Translations under genes and position numbers: made by a program
Notes under the pieces: model-generated
Seen by the model: only the letters and a program-made list of their open reading frames with translations
What the model was told of the DNA's origin: nothing
The model's database searches: none
Virus record (IMG/VR): IMGVR_UViG_3300044606_000259
Location: 1 to 55,325 of that record
DNA from: a virus
Taxonomy: Duplodnaviria > Caudoviricetes
Length of the DNA stretch: 55,325 bases
Strand: one strand, 5' to 3'
Shown here: piece after piece, positions 37,370 through 47,738 of the stretch
How positions within the stretch are numbered: the stretch's first letter is position 1
How the letters are laid out: every line of letters begins with the position of its first letter

Positions 37370-40300
37370 ATGATCGAGCGTTACTACAACCTGTTTGACC
37401 CGGCCAAGCACTACACCCAGCTGCTGTTTCGCGCGGGCGATGGTCTGCAGTCTCGAGAGTTGAACGAGATCCAGACCACCCTGATCCACCGCCTGCAGGG
37501 CGTGGCCGATGCGCTGTTGAAGGACGGGGACATCGTCAGCGGCGCCAACCTGCAGATCGATGCCGACACCGGCTGGGTCACTCTGGAGGCCGGTCGCGTC
37601 TATCTGCGCGGCGCGGTGCGCGAAGTACCGGCAGCCTCCTTCACCGTACCGGTCGATGGCCGCGTGGCCGTCGGCGTGCGCTTTACCACCCGCACCGTCA
37701 CCGAACTGGAAGACCCCACCTTGCGCGAACCAGCGGTGGGCGTGCGCAACTACCAGGAGCCCGGTGCCGGGCGTCTGCAGGAGACGCTCGCCTGGGGCTG
37801 GGAAGGTGCGGGCACCAGTGACGGTCAGTCCGGCGACTTTCACGCTGTCTATGCCCTGGACAACGGTCTGCTGGAGAACCGCCGCCAGCCCCCCGTGCTT
37901 GATGGCGTGATCGCGGGCCTGGCGCGCTACGACTATGACGCCAACGGGCACTACGTCGTCGACGGGCTGGGCGTCCGGTTTCTGGACACCGACAGCGACA
38001 GCCAAGAGCACATCTTTTCCGTGGCGGAGGGGCGCGCCAATATCGATGGCTTCAAGGTCGAACGGACGCAGTCGCAACGCCTGCGGCTCCCCATCGACCC
38101 GGATCTGCAACGGGTGTCCAGTGAGCCGCAGGTCTTCAACGATAGTGGCGATGGCTCCATGGTCGTCACGATCAACCGGCCACCGCTCGCCCAAGTGCTC
38201 GACATCAAGGTCACCCAGCAAAAGACCGAGACCGTAGCCCATGGCGCCTTCACCGGCAGCCGGGATGTTCTCACCGAGCCCACCGTGGTCGCGGTGCTGG
38301 AGGTGACACAAGGTGGCACGACCTATGCCCAGGGCACCGACTACAAGGTAGTCGGGGATGAGATCGACTGGAGCCCGGGTGGCGCCGAACCGGCACCGGG
38401 ATCGAGCTATCAGGTCACCTACCAGTACATCGCCAGTATTACGCCGACCGACCTGACCGACACCGGCTTCAATGTGACCGGCGTCGTGCAGGGCTCGACG
38501 ATGTACATCGACTACCAGTGGAAGCTGCCGCGTGTCGATGTGCTGGCGCTCACTGCCGACGGACAGGTCGAACGCATCAAGGGGATCTCGCAGGTCAGGA
38601 ATCCGGTCGCCCCGACCGTGCCGGGCTCGCGGCTGGCTCTGGCCGAGATCGGCTACGACTGGCGCAGTGGCTCGGAGCCGGTCGTGCGCAACATTGCGAT
38701 CCGCACCATCAAGGTCTCGGAGCTCACCGCGATGCAGCGCCAGATCGCCGATCTTTACGATCTGATGGCCCTGGAGCGCCTGCGCGTGGATGCCAACATC
38801 CGCGAGCCCGCCGCCAAGAAGGGGCTGTTCGTCGACAACTTTCTGGACGACGACCTGCGTGACCAGGGAGTGGCGCAAACCGGCGCGATTGTGGCAGGCG
38901 TCTTGACGCTGCCGATCACGGCATCCGCCCAGCACGCCAAGGACAACGGCAATGCGCTGCTCACCTTGGACTACGCCCTCACCCCGGTGATCGAGCAATT
39001 GGCCCGCACCGGGTCGATGAAGATCAACCCCTACCAGGCCTTCGAGCCGGTGCCGGCGCGCGTCACGCTCAATCCCGCTGTGGACCAGTTCACGGTGACG
39101 AACACCACCTGGCGCTCCACACTGACGGAACGCATCATCACCGGCAGCGGCATTCTCGAGCAGGTGGTGGAGACGCGCTCGCGCACCCAGACCTTGTCAC
39201 GCTCGGTCGTGGAGGCCGAGTTCCTGCGCACGCTCAATGTGGCCTATGAGGTGCAGGGCTTTGGGCCGAGCGAGGCGCTGGCTGCGTTGCGCTTTGACGG
39301 GATGATTCTGGTCCAGCCTGATGGCACGGCTGCCAATACCCAAGGCGTACTCCAAGGCAGCTTCCAGGTCCCCAGCGGCGTACCTTCGGGTTCCAAGCTG
39401 GTTGAGTTTTTGGGCGCTGGGGGCAGCTATGGCTCAGCCACCTATGTGGGCAACGGCCAGATCGTCACCCAAGTGCGCCGGCGTATCCGGACCACCGTAG
39501 TGCGTCGCTGGGACCCGCTGGCGCAGACCCTCACACTTCCCGAGGCCCGCACCCTCGGTGGACTGGAACTGTGGTTCACCACCAAGGGCGGTGATGCACC
39601 GGTGATCGTGCAGATCCGGGAAACCCAAGTGGGCATGCCCACCACCGAGGTGCTCACCGAAGGGCGTCTGGCGGCTGCCGACATCAAGACCGATGGCAAT
39701 CCAACCCGGATCGCCTTCGATCCGGTGGCGCTGGAAGCCAACCGCGAGTACGCCCTCGTGGTGCTCACCGATGATGCGAACCACGCGGTGTCGGTCGCGG
39801 ATCTGGGTAAGTACGATCCGCGCACCGGCTGGGTCACCGCCCAGCCTTACCAGATCGGCGTGCTGCTCTCGTCCTCCAATGGCATCACCTGGACGCCGCA
39901 CCAGACGCAGGACCTGACCTTCCGGCTGCTGGGCTGCCGTTTCACGCAAACGTCTCGGACGGTCAGTCTGGGCCAATACGCAGTGACCGATCTCACGGAC
40001 TTGATGGCGCTCGCAGGTGTCGAGCGGCCGGCCGCCGGTACCGACGTGCAGTTTCTGGCCACCGATGCCCAAGGGCGCAGCATCACCCTGTCGGAAGACC
40101 AAGGGCTGGCACTCACCGAGAAGCTCTCGGGCAACCTGGCGGTGTCGGCCAAGCTCACCGGTACGGAAGTGGCGAGTCCAATCCTCTACCCGGGCACCCA
40201 ACTGGTGTTCGGCACCTTGGAAGCCGCTGGCGACTACCTGTCGCGGGCCATTGCGGCCGATGCCACCTTCAACGTCGCGGTGACCTTCGATGCCCTGACA

Positions 40301-40531
40301 CCCGGTACGTCCAGCGTGGCGGTGCAGGCCGAGTCCGGCACGCCGGGCAGCTTCATTGAGTTGGCTTTGTCGGCGGGTGAGGAAGTCGGTAACGGCTGGA
40401 TCGAGCGCACCTACAAGGCCACCGGTCTGTTGGGGGTCGGTGCGGATCGGACCACCCGGGTGAAGCTGGTGCTGGCAGGCTCGCCGCAATACCGGCCCTT
40501 CGTGCGCAATCTGCGTGTGATCGTGACCTGA
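37370..40531 (+). CDS. large virion adsorption/baseplate protein (DUF4815-like)
   Basis: LFRAG..LQSRELNEIQ; G.FVDNF.DD..RD; INPY; DPLAQT; SSNG.TW..HQ..DLTF. Confidence 0.75.
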   Translation: MIERYYNLFDPAKHYTQLLFRAGDGLQSRELNEIQTTLIHRLQGVADALLKDGDIVSGANLQIDADTGWVTLEAGRVYLRGAVREVPAASFTVPVDGRVAVGVRFTTRTVTELEDPTLREPAVGVRNYQEPGAGRLQETLAWGWEGAGTSDGQSGDFHAVYALDNGLLENRRQPPVLDGVIAGLARYDYDANGHYVVDGLGVRFLDTDSDSQEHIFSVAEGRANIDGFKVERTQSQRLRLPIDPDLQRVSSEPQVFNDSGDGSMVVTINRPPLAQVLDIKVTQQKTETVAHGAFTGSRDVLTEPTVVAVLEVTQGGTTYAQGTDYKVVGDEIDWSPGGAEPAPGSSYQVTYQYIASITPTDLTDTGFNVTGVVQGSTMYIDYQWKLPRVDVLALTADGQVERIKGISQVRNPVAPTVPGSRLALAEIGYDWRSGSEPVVRNIAIRTIKVSELTAMQRQIADLYDLMALERLRVDANIREPAAKKGLFVDNFLDDDLRDQGVAQTGAIVAGVLTLPITASAQHAKDNGNALLTLDYALTPVIEQLARTGSMKINPYQAFEPVPARVTLNPAVDQFTVTNTTWRSTLTERIITGSGILEQVVETRSRTQTLSRSVVEAEFLRTLNVAYEVQGFGPSEALAALRFDGMILVQPDGTAANTQGVLQGSFQVPSGVPSGSKLVEFLGAGGSYGSATYVGNGQIVTQVRRRIRTTVVRRWDPLAQTLTLPEARTLGGLELWFTTKGGDAPVIVQIRETQVGMPTTEVLTEGRLAAADIKTDGNPTRIAFDPVALEANREYALVVLTDDANHAVSVADLGKYDPRTGWVTAQPYQIGVLLSSSNGITWTPHQTQDLTFRLLGCRFTQTSRTVSLGQYAVTDLTDLMALAGVERPAAGTDVQFLATDAQGRSITLSEDQGLALTEKLSGNLAVSAKLTGTEVASPILYPGTQLVFGTLEAAGDYLSRAIAADATFNVAVTFDALTPGTSSVAVQAESGTPGSFIELALSAGEEVGNGWIERTYKATGLLGVGADRTTRVKLVLAGSPQYRPFVRNLRVIVT

Positions 40532-40542
40532 TGGGAGGGTGA

Positions 40543-40905
40543 GTGATGCCAGATGAACGCACTCCGGTGCTGCGCTTGCCCCTGCCGCACCCCGATCACC
40601 TGCTGGTCGATGACGTGCTGCGTCTGCGCGAGGCCTTGATGGCGCTGGACGTCCAGGTCGCCGACAAGGCCGCAGTCAACGATGTGCTGAGCCTGCTTGC
40701 GCAGGAAGCCAGTACGCGAGCCGATGCCGACCAAGGTCAGCAGGCCGATCTGGCGGCTGCCCGGCAGGCGCTACAGGTTCTGTTCGAGGCCGCGCTGCAA
40801 ACGTCCGAGACGCAGTGGTCACAGCGCTTTGACGCCTTGGCTGTGCGCACCGTTGACCCGAGTCGTTACCGGCAGGTCTATGCCAACTTCCTGGAGGGGG
40901 TCTGA
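40543..40905 (+). CDS. tail-fibre-associated hypothetical protein
   Basis: LPLPH..L.DDV.RLR.AL..LD. Confidence 0.6.
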   Translation: MMPDERTPVLRLPLPHPDHLLVDDVLRLREALMALDVQVADKAAVNDVLSLLAQEASTRADADQGQQADLAAARQALQVLFEAALQTSETQWSQRFDALAVRTVDPSRYRQVYANFLEGV

Positions 40906-41996
40906 TGAGTTACCAGTCAGAACTGATCGCCAAGATCAACGGCCTGGACGCCCAGGCACCGGCCTCCGATCTGTATCTCGCGGCCAAATCGTTGATCGAG
41001 ATCGGGGTGCAGGACATTCCCCGGGCGTTCACGGAGAACGTCTATGCCCGGCTGCTGCAAGCACAGACCAGCGATCCCTATGAGATCGGGTTTCTCAACA
41101 AGATCCTGGCGATGCTCGATGCCTGGGCGGTGACCACGGGCGCGTTTGGGTTCAACGGACAGGTCGTGCCGATCAAGAACGGGGCGCTGATCAGCCCGCC
41201 GCTGGATACGAGCTATGTGAAATTCCCGACCCGGCAGTGGGTCTTCGACACCCCGGGCACGCTGGACTTCCTGGCGGTGCACGGTCATGAGCTGCCCGGC
41301 TGGATCAAGGACCGCACGTTGCTGCGTGTCAGGGTCTGGGGGGCCGGGGGCAACGGCAGCAAGGGCGGCGGCTCTTCCACCAACGGTTACTACTCGGGCA
41401 ATGGCGGTGGCGGCGGCGCCTATGCCGAGAGCCTGATTTCGTTCGCGCAACTGTCGGCGGCGCCCACCCTGGTGGTCGGAGCTGCGCCTTCTGGTTCGTC
41501 GGCCTTTGTCGGTGTATCAGCCGAAGGCGGTGGAACGGCCACGGCCAATGGCCCGGGCGTGGGTGGGGCCGTGACCTCCGGGATGCTGACTGCACCGGGC
41601 GGCAATGGCGCCGGCTACACCAGTACCTCGACCTCGTCGGGGCGGCGCTCCAGTGGTTTTGGTGGCGGCGGTGCCGGTGGTCCTTGGGGACCAGGCAGCG
41701 GCCTGAACACCAGCACCGAGAACGGGGGTGGCACAACGGGCGTGCTCGATTCGCCAGCGGCGGCGACCTATCTCAGCGACTGGTGGAGCGAATACCTGCA
41801 GTCGCTGGCGGGGCCTGACCCGACGCCGGGTCTCTTTGGTGCCGGTGGTGCGCAGTTTCAGGCAGGTGGCGCCTTTGGGGGCGGCGGGCGCGCGGCGAAC
41901 GCGGGCATCGCCGCTGGCGGGGGTGGCTGTTCCTATACCGGCGAGACGCCAGGGGCCGGTGGCCACGGTCTGGTCATTGTGGAGAGTTTCCTATGA
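40905..41996 (+). CDS. glycine-rich tail fibre-like protein
   Basis: VWGAGG.G, GGGGGAY, GAGGHGLVIVE glycine-rich domain. Confidence 0.7.
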   Translation: MSYQSELIAKINGLDAQAPASDLYLAAKSLIEIGVQDIPRAFTENVYARLLQAQTSDPYEIGFLNKILAMLDAWAVTTGAFGFNGQVVPIKNGALISPPLDTSYVKFPTRQWVFDTPGTLDFLAVHGHELPGWIKDRTLLRVRVWGAGGNGSKGGGSSTNGYYSGNGGGGGAYAESLISFAQLSAAPTLVVGAAPSGSSAFVGVSAEGGGTATANGPGVGGAVTSGMLTAPGGNGAGYTSTSTSSGRRSSGFGGGGAGGPWGPGSGLNTSTENGGGTTGVLDSPAAATYLSDWWSEYLQSLAGPDPTPGLFGAGGAQFQAGGAFGGGGRAANAGIAAGGGGCSYTGETPGAGGHGLVIVESFL

Positions 41997-42397
41997 CGTG
42001 TTTTGTGCGAGTCGATCAAGAGCGGATCGTGGAAGTCATCGACTTCGATCCGACCGGCATCTATGGGCCGGCCTTCAAGTGGCATCCGTGCGCGCCGCCG
42101 GCCCGGGTGGGGATGCGCTACGACGCGCTCACCCGAACTGCCCAGGCCCCAGACGCGGCCCAGGTTTCTCCGGTGCAGTTCAAGCTGCTCTTCACTCCGG
42201 CCGAGCGAGTCGCCATCCAGGCGGCGCGTACGACGGACCCCGTGATCGAGGATTTCATGGCGATTGTCGAAGATCCTCGGCTGACCCATGTTGATCTGGG
42301 GCTCAAGAGCACCCGGGAGGCGCTGGCCTACCTGAGCGCCCAGGGGTTGATCACGGAGGAACGCGTCCAGGCCATCCTGTCGGGGGTGCTGCAATGA
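41993..42397 (+). CDS. tail fibre assembly-like protein
   Basis: F..LFT.AER.AI; GLIT.ER...IL. Confidence 0.55.
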   Translation: MTCFVRVDQERIVEVIDFDPTGIYGPAFKWHPCAPPARVGMRYDALTRTAQAPDAAQVSPVQFKLLFTPAERVAIQAARTTDPVIEDFMAIVEDPRLTHVDLGLKSTREALAYLSAQGLITEERVQAILSGVLQ

Positions 42398-42714
42398 GGG
42401 CCGCCCTTCAACACCGCCTGGCGATGCTCGCGGTCTGGGTGCTTTGCCAGATCGCCGCCGTGATTGCGTCCTTGTGGATGCTGGTTGCAGCCCTGGCTGG
42501 GAGCAGACGGGCCTGGACCCTGGCGGTCGCCCACGACCAACTGGCCAATGCCGCTTTCGGCGGCCACGAGGACGAGACGCTCTCCAGCCGTGCCGGCAAG
42601 GCCGCGCGCAAAGGCAAGCGCTGGGCCTGTGTGCTGTGTCGATTACTCGACCGACTCGATCCGAACCACTGCGAGAAGTCCATCGAGGTCGACGAGGGCA
42701 AGCCTGTCGCCTGA
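42394..42714 (+). CDS. hypothetical phage membrane protein
   Basis: N-terminal TM; DQLAN...G..DETLSSR; LD.LDPNHC. Confidence 0.65.
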   Translation: MRAALQHRLAMLAVWVLCQIAAVIASLWMLVAALAGSRRAWTLAVAHDQLANAAFGGHEDETLSSRAGKAARKGKRWACVLCRLLDRLDPNHCEKSIEVDEGKPVA

Positions 42715-42747
42715 GCCTGCCGAGCGGCAAGCTACCCCATTCCCCCG

Positions 42748-42769
42748 ATCCGCCGCTGGCGGATTTTTT
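42748..42769 (+). terminator. possible intrinsic terminator
   Basis: ATCCGCC-gct-GGCGGAT-TTTTT. Confidence 0.5.
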
Positions 42770-42786
42770 ACTTTTGGAGCCCACCC

Positions 42787-43977
42787 ATGGCAGATCACTT
42801 TCTTCACGGGGTCGAGGTCGTTGAAATCGACAACGGCCCGCGTCCCATTCGCACCGTCCGATCCTCCGTGATCGGCCTCGTCGGCACCGCACCGAATGCC
42901 GATGAGCACAGTTTTCCCTTGAACACCCCAGTGCTGATTGCCGGTTCGCGCCTGGAAGCGGCCAAGCTGGGTAGCACCGGCACCTTGCCCATGGCCATCG
43001 ATGGCATCTTCGATCAGGCAGGCGCGCTGGTGGTGGTGATCCGTGTGGCTGAAGGCGCAACGGAGGCCGAAACGCAAACCAACGTGCTCGGCGGTGTCGA
43101 CGCGGACGGCCAGTACCTCGGCCTGCAGGCACTCTTGGCGGCGCAGTCGGTCGCCAAGGTCACACCGCGCATCCTGATTGCGCCGGGCTTTACCCATCAG
43201 CGCCCCACCGATCCGGACGATGACACCCGCCAGCTGGCGAACCCTGTCGTGGCGGAACTGCTCGGTATTGCCGAACGCCTGCGCGCGGTGATCATCGCCG
43301 ACGGTCCCAACACCACCGATGCGGCCGCCATCGACTACCGCGAGGATTGGGGCTCGCCGCGCATCTACGTGGTCGATCCGCACGTCAAGGTGATGAAGAA
43401 TGGGGTGGTGGTGACCGAGGCGGTCTCAGCACGCGTCGCCGGCCTGATCGCCAAGATCGACAACGACCGAGGCTTCTGGTGGTCGCCCTCGAACAACGTC
43501 ATCAACGGCATCGTCGGCAGCCACCGTCCAGTGGACTTCGCACTCGGCGACCCGAACGCCCGGGCCAACCTGCTCAACGAGAACGAGGTGGCCACCATCA
43601 TTCAGGAGGATGGCTACCGCCTGTGGGGCAACCGCACCTGTTCCACCGACCCCAAGTGGGCCTTCCTGAGTGTGCGGCGCACCGCAGACATGATCAACGA
43701 GTCGCTGCTGCGCGCCCACCTCTGGGCGGTGGATCGCAACATCACCAAAACCTATGTCGAGGAAGTCACCGAAGGGGTCAATGCCTATCTGCGCCAGTTG
43801 AAAGCACAAGGCGCGATCCTCGGTGGCAAGTGCTGGGCTGACCCGGATCTGAATTCACCGATGTCGATTGCGGACGGGAAGATTTACTTCAATTTCGACT
43901 TCACCCCGCCGTATCCGGCCGAGCACATCATCTTCCGCTCGCACCTGGTCGATGACTATCTCGAGGAGATTCTGTAA
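42787..43977 (+). CDS. tail sheath protein (P2 FI-like)
   Basis: FLHGVEV.E; PRILIAPG; WWSPSN; GYRLWGNRT. Confidence 0.95.
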   Translation: MADHFLHGVEVVEIDNGPRPIRTVRSSVIGLVGTAPNADEHSFPLNTPVLIAGSRLEAAKLGSTGTLPMAIDGIFDQAGALVVVIRVAEGATEAETQTNVLGGVDADGQYLGLQALLAAQSVAKVTPRILIAPGFTHQRPTDPDDDTRQLANPVVAELLGIAERLRAVIIADGPNTTDAAAIDYREDWGSPRIYVVDPHVKVMKNGVVVTEAVSARVAGLIAKIDNDRGFWWSPSNNVINGIVGSHRPVDFALGDPNARANLLNENEVATIIQEDGYRLWGNRTCSTDPKWAFLSVRRTADMINESLLRAHLWAVDRNITKTYVEEVTEGVNAYLRQLKAQGAILGGKCWADPDLNSPMSIADGKIYFNFDFTPPYPAEHIIFRSHLVDDYLEEIL

Positions 43978-44489
43978 TGGCTATCGAACTGCCCCGCGTG
44001 CTGAAGAACATGAACCTCTTTGTCGATGGTCGCGGCTACGCCGGTCGCATCGACGAGATTCAACTGCCCAAACTCACCCTGAAGACCGAGGAGCACCGCG
44101 CCGGTGGCATGGATCTGCCGGTCGAGATCGACCTCGGTATGGAGAAGCTTGAGGCCGAGCTGACGATTGCCGATCACGATCCGGAGGTCTTCAAGCTCTT
44201 CGGCCTGCTGGACAACGCCGCGACGCAAATCACCATCCGGGGCGCCATCCAGGCACAGGGGATGGAGGCGAAACCCGTCATCGTCAATCTGCGCGGTGGC
44301 TGGAAGGAGCTCGATGCCGGAACCTGGAAGCCGGGCGACAAAAGCACCCTCAAGGTTTCGGTGGCGGCCAGTTACTACAAGCTCGCCATCGATGACGAAG
44401 AGTTGATCGAGATCGACGCCATCAACCTGGTGCGCAAAGTCGGCGGCACCGATCAGATGGAAGCCATTCGTACCGCGATTGGTTTGTGA
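43977..44489 (+). CDS. major tail tube protein (P2 FII-like)
   Basis: LPRVLKNMNLF.DG; RAGGMD..V.IDLG. Confidence 0.95.
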   Translation: MAIELPRVLKNMNLFVDGRGYAGRIDEIQLPKLTLKTEEHRAGGMDLPVEIDLGMEKLEAELTIADHDPEVFKLFGLLDNAATQITIRGAIQAQGMEAKPVIVNLRGGWKELDAGTWKPGDKSTLKVSVAASYYKLAIDDEELIEIDAINLVRKVGGTDQMEAIRTAIGL

Positions 44490-44511
44490 TGAACGATAAG
44501 GAGAACATCGA

Positions 44512-44760
44512 ATGAGCACTGCCGAACCCATCAAACTGAATTTCCCCATCGAGCACGATGGCGTCCCCATTGCCGATATTGCCCTTCGCCGTCCCACCGT
44601 GGGCGACCACCTGGCCGCGCAGAAGGCGGCAGGTACCGACGCCGAGCGCGAGATCCGGCTGATTGCCAACCTGGCCGAGTTGCCGCCGGCTGCGATTCAC
44701 CAGCTCGATATGAAGGACTACGCCCAGCTGCAGAAGGTGCTGGGCGGTTTTTTGCAGTGA
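44512..44760 (+). CDS. tail assembly chaperone (gpE-like)
   Basis: LRRPTVGD; QLDMKDY; ends at a slippery T run. Confidence 0.85.
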   Translation: MSTAEPIKLNFPIEHDGVPIADIALRRPTVGDHLAAQKAAGTDAEREIRLIANLAELPPAAIHQLDMKDYAQLQKVLGGFLQ

Positions 44761-44903
44761 ATCCGGGTGAGCTGTCCGCCCTTGTGGTGGAGCTCGCCCT
44801 CTACACCCACTGGCCTCGATCCGAGTTGCTTGCCCTGGAGGTGAGTGAGTTGGTCGAGGCCTTGTCATTGGCGCGGCGCCTGTCCGCCGTTCCATCCTCC
44901 TGA
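44746..44903 (+). CDS. gpE' extension made by -1 frameshift at GGTTTTTTG
   Basis: -1 frame reads FAVNPGELSALVVELALYTHWPRSELLALEVSELVEALSLARRLSAVPSS*, with the HW..SE motif of P2 E'. Confidence 0.75.
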
Positions 44904-44912
44904 GGTTTCTTC

Positions 44913-47717
44913 ATGGCCACAGCGCATCCCGTTCAGATCAGTATCGGTGCCACGCTGGCGGCCTCGCTCGGGTCAGCGGTGCGTGGCGCTCAGGCCCAGC
45001 TGAACCAGCTGGGTTCGACCATGGCGGAGCTGGGTAACAAGCAGTCGGGCATCCGTCAGCTCGAAACCCTGCGCACCCAAGCTCGGGATGCGGCACTGGC
45101 CATGCGCGCGGCGCAGCAGAAGGTTTCCGGACTGGAAGCCAACATCGCCGGGCAGGATGGCGGCGCTACCGCCAAACAAGCCCGCGAACTCGAACGTGCT
45201 CGTACCGCCGCCGCCCGCGCCGAGGAAGCCTACCGTCGCCAGCGCTCGGCCGTCGATGAGTTATCGACCTCCCTGCAACGCTCGGGCGTGAATCTGCGTG
45301 CCGTCGGTGCCGAGTCAGCCAAGCTGGGCAGCCAGCTCGAGTTGCTGCGTAATCGCACCGACGCCCTGGTGCGCGCACAGCAGGCCCAGGCGAAGAACTT
45401 GGAGAACCGCAGCGCCTACCGCGCCCAGATGATGGATGCGGTGGCCTTGGGCGGCGCGCTCTATGGCCTAGTGCAACCGGCGGTCCAGTTCGAGTCGGTG
45501 ATGGCCGACGTCAAGAAGGTGGTCAATTTCGAGACCCCCGAGCAGTTTGGGCAGATGTCCAAAGATGTGCTCTTGATGTCGACGCGCATCCCGATGGCGG
45601 CCGATGGCATTGGGGCCATCGTTGCGGCTGCAGGTCAGGCTGGTATTGCCCGGGATGAACTGCTGCGCTTTGCGGAGGACGCCGCCAAGATGGGCGTGGC
45701 CTTCGATCTGTCGGGTCAGCAGGCCGGTGCCGCGATGACGGGCCTGCGCTCGATCTTCGGGCTGACGCAAGACGAGGTGGTGAAGTTGGGTGACGCCATC
45801 AACCACCTATCGAACAACATGGATGCCAAGGCGTCCGACCTGCTCAACATCGCCAACCGGGCGGGCTCGACCGCCAAATTGTTCGGGCTGTCTGGCGCAC
45901 AGCTCAATGCCCTGGGCGCCACCTTCCTCGCCCTGAAAACGCCGCCCGAGGTCGCAGCCACCGGCATCAACGCCTTGCTGATGAAGCTCGCCACTGCCGA
46001 TAAACAGAACGAGCGATTCCAGCAGGGCCTGCAGGATATCGGGTTGTCGGCCGAGGTCATGAAAGAGATGATCGGCCGCGATGCCCAAGGGGCGCTGACG
46101 ACCTTCTTGCGGCAGGTCAAAAACGCCCCCGATCTAATGGGCACGCTCTCGGACCTCTTTGGCATGGAGTACGCCGATGACATCGCCAAGCTGGTGGGTT
46201 CGATGGATACCTACGAGAAGGCAGTGGGCCTGGTGGCCGATCAGACCGCCTACGCCGGATCGATGCAGGCCGAGTACGAAGCACGTTCGGCCACGACGGC
46301 CAACAACCTGCAGCTCTTGAAGAACCAGATGAGCCGGCTGGGCATCACGGTCGGCAATGCACTGCTGCCGGCCTTGAACAACCTCGTGGGCGCGCTGATG
46401 GGGCCTATCGACAGCCTCGCCAATTTGGCAGAACGTTTCCCCATCGTCACGCAAGTGGTAGTGGGCGCAGTCGGTGCTGTGCTGGCCTTGAAGGTGGCGA
46501 CCATCGCCTTGGGCTATGCCTGGACCTTTGTGAAGGGGCCGATCCTTGGGGCGCAGGTGGCGTTTCAGTCGGCTCGGGCAGGCTTGGCGCTGCTGCAGGT
46601 GCAGGCGGCTACAACTGGTGCGGGTGCCGGATTGCTGTCGGTGGCTTGGGCGCGCATCCAGACGGGTGCGCTGGGGTTACTCGCCCCGATCAAGTCGGCA
46701 GCGTTAGCCTTCTGGTCGATGCTGCCGGCCATTGGTGCCACCACGGCAGCCTTGCTGGCCAACCCGATCACCTGGATCGTGGCGGGGATTGGTGTTGCTG
46801 TCGCCGGTCTTGCGTTAGTGATCCGCAAATACTGGGACCCCATCGCTGCCTACGTCGGTGGCGTGTTCGAGGGCATTCGCGCCGTCGTGCAGCCGGCGAT
46901 CAGCAGTCTTTCCACAGCACTGGCGCCACTAGCGCCCATAGGGACGGCCATTGCCAACGTCTTCGGTTTCATCGCCGATGGCGTGAGCCGGGTGGTGGGC
47001 TGGATCGGACAACTGCTTGCGCCGGTGACACTCACCCAAGACGAGTTCGCTTCGCTCTCGACCTCGGGTCAATCGCTCGGGGCTGTGATCGGTGGTGTGT
47101 TGAGCACAGCTTTTACTGTCTTGACCCTACCGATCCGGGCCGTGGGCACGCTGGTGGGGTGGGTGATCAACGGCTTTACGGCCTTGGTGTCCTTCTCACC
47201 CCTGGCTCTGATCAGCGCCGCCTGGCAGCCGGTGGCGGATTTCATGACCGGTCTCTGGTCGGGTATCACCGCCACCGTCGCTCAAGCCATCGACTGGATC
47301 GCCAACAAGATCGGCTGGGTGATGGAGGCCGGCAAGCAGGTCGGCGACTGGTTCGGTTCTCTCTTCGGCAGCGAGAAGCAGGCTGTGCCGACATCCACGG
47401 CACCAACATTCTCGCGTCCAGCGGCTATGGGTGGCACTGCCGCGCTGGCTGCGCCGCGTCCAGCTGTCGGTACCGCGCCGGTTGGCATCACGTCGATGTC
47501 AGCGGGCAGCCCGGCAGCAGCTAACACCCGGCCGATGGCAATGCCTGCTCAACCGCTGGGTGCGCGTGGCAACACCAGTGTGTCGCTGTCGGCCCCGATC
47601 ACGGTCAATGCACCGCCCGGGATGGATGCACGCGAGATTGCTGCGCTCATTGAATCGCGTCTGCGCGCCTTGATGCGCGAGACCACCCGTAGTCCGGCGG
47701 CAGCGATGTACGACTGA
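44913..47717 (+). CDS. tail tape measure protein (TP901 family)
   Basis: FES.MADV.KVV.F; AAKMGVAFD; TTANNLQL; Ala-rich helical protein. Confidence 0.93.
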   Translation: MATAHPVQISIGATLAASLGSAVRGAQAQLNQLGSTMAELGNKQSGIRQLETLRTQARDAALAMRAAQQKVSGLEANIAGQDGGATAKQARELERARTAAARAEEAYRRQRSAVDELSTSLQRSGVNLRAVGAESAKLGSQLELLRNRTDALVRAQQAQAKNLENRSAYRAQMMDAVALGGALYGLVQPAVQFESVMADVKKVVNFETPEQFGQMSKDVLLMSTRIPMAADGIGAIVAAAGQAGIARDELLRFAEDAAKMGVAFDLSGQQAGAAMTGLRSIFGLTQDEVVKLGDAINHLSNNMDAKASDLLNIANRAGSTAKLFGLSGAQLNALGATFLALKTPPEVAATGINALLMKLATADKQNERFQQGLQDIGLSAEVMKEMIGRDAQGALTTFLRQVKNAPDLMGTLSDLFGMEYADDIAKLVGSMDTYEKAVGLVADQTAYAGSMQAEYEARSATTANNLQLLKNQMSRLGITVGNALLPALNNLVGALMGPIDSLANLAERFPIVTQVVVGAVGAVLALKVATIALGYAWTFVKGPILGAQVAFQSARAGLALLQVQAATTGAGAGLLSVAWARIQTGALGLLAPIKSAALAFWSMLPAIGATTAALLANPITWIVAGIGVAVAGLALVIRKYWDPIAAYVGGVFEGIRAVVQPAISSLSTALAPLAPIGTAIANVFGFIADGVSRVVGWIGQLLAPVTLTQDEFASLSTSGQSLGAVIGGVLSTAFTVLTLPIRAVGTLVGWVINGFTALVSFSPLALISAAWQPVADFMTGLWSGITATVAQAIDWIANKIGWVMEAGKQVGDWFGSLFGSEKQAVPTSTAPTFSRPAAMGGTAALAAPRPAVGTAPVGITSMSAGSPAAANTRPMAMPAQPLGARGNTSVSLSAPITVNAPPGMDAREIAALIESRLRALMRETTRSPAAAMYD

Positions 47718-47738
47718 TTTTCTGTTTGGAGGTGTGCC

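Noticed and set aside
38548-38554. Another GCTCACT inside the DUF4815-like gene
   Set aside because: A 7-mer is expected by chance a few times in 55 kb; this copy has no S-layer context or module boundary.
37370-42397. Diversity-generating retroelement or invertible tail-fibre cassette
   Set aside because: No reverse transcriptase, invertase, TR/VR pair or inverted fibre copy seen.
32304-44489. T6SS, tailocin or eCIS suggested by PAAR, sheath and baseplate genes
   Set aside because: Linked to terminase, portal, capsid and integrase, so it is a phage tail.
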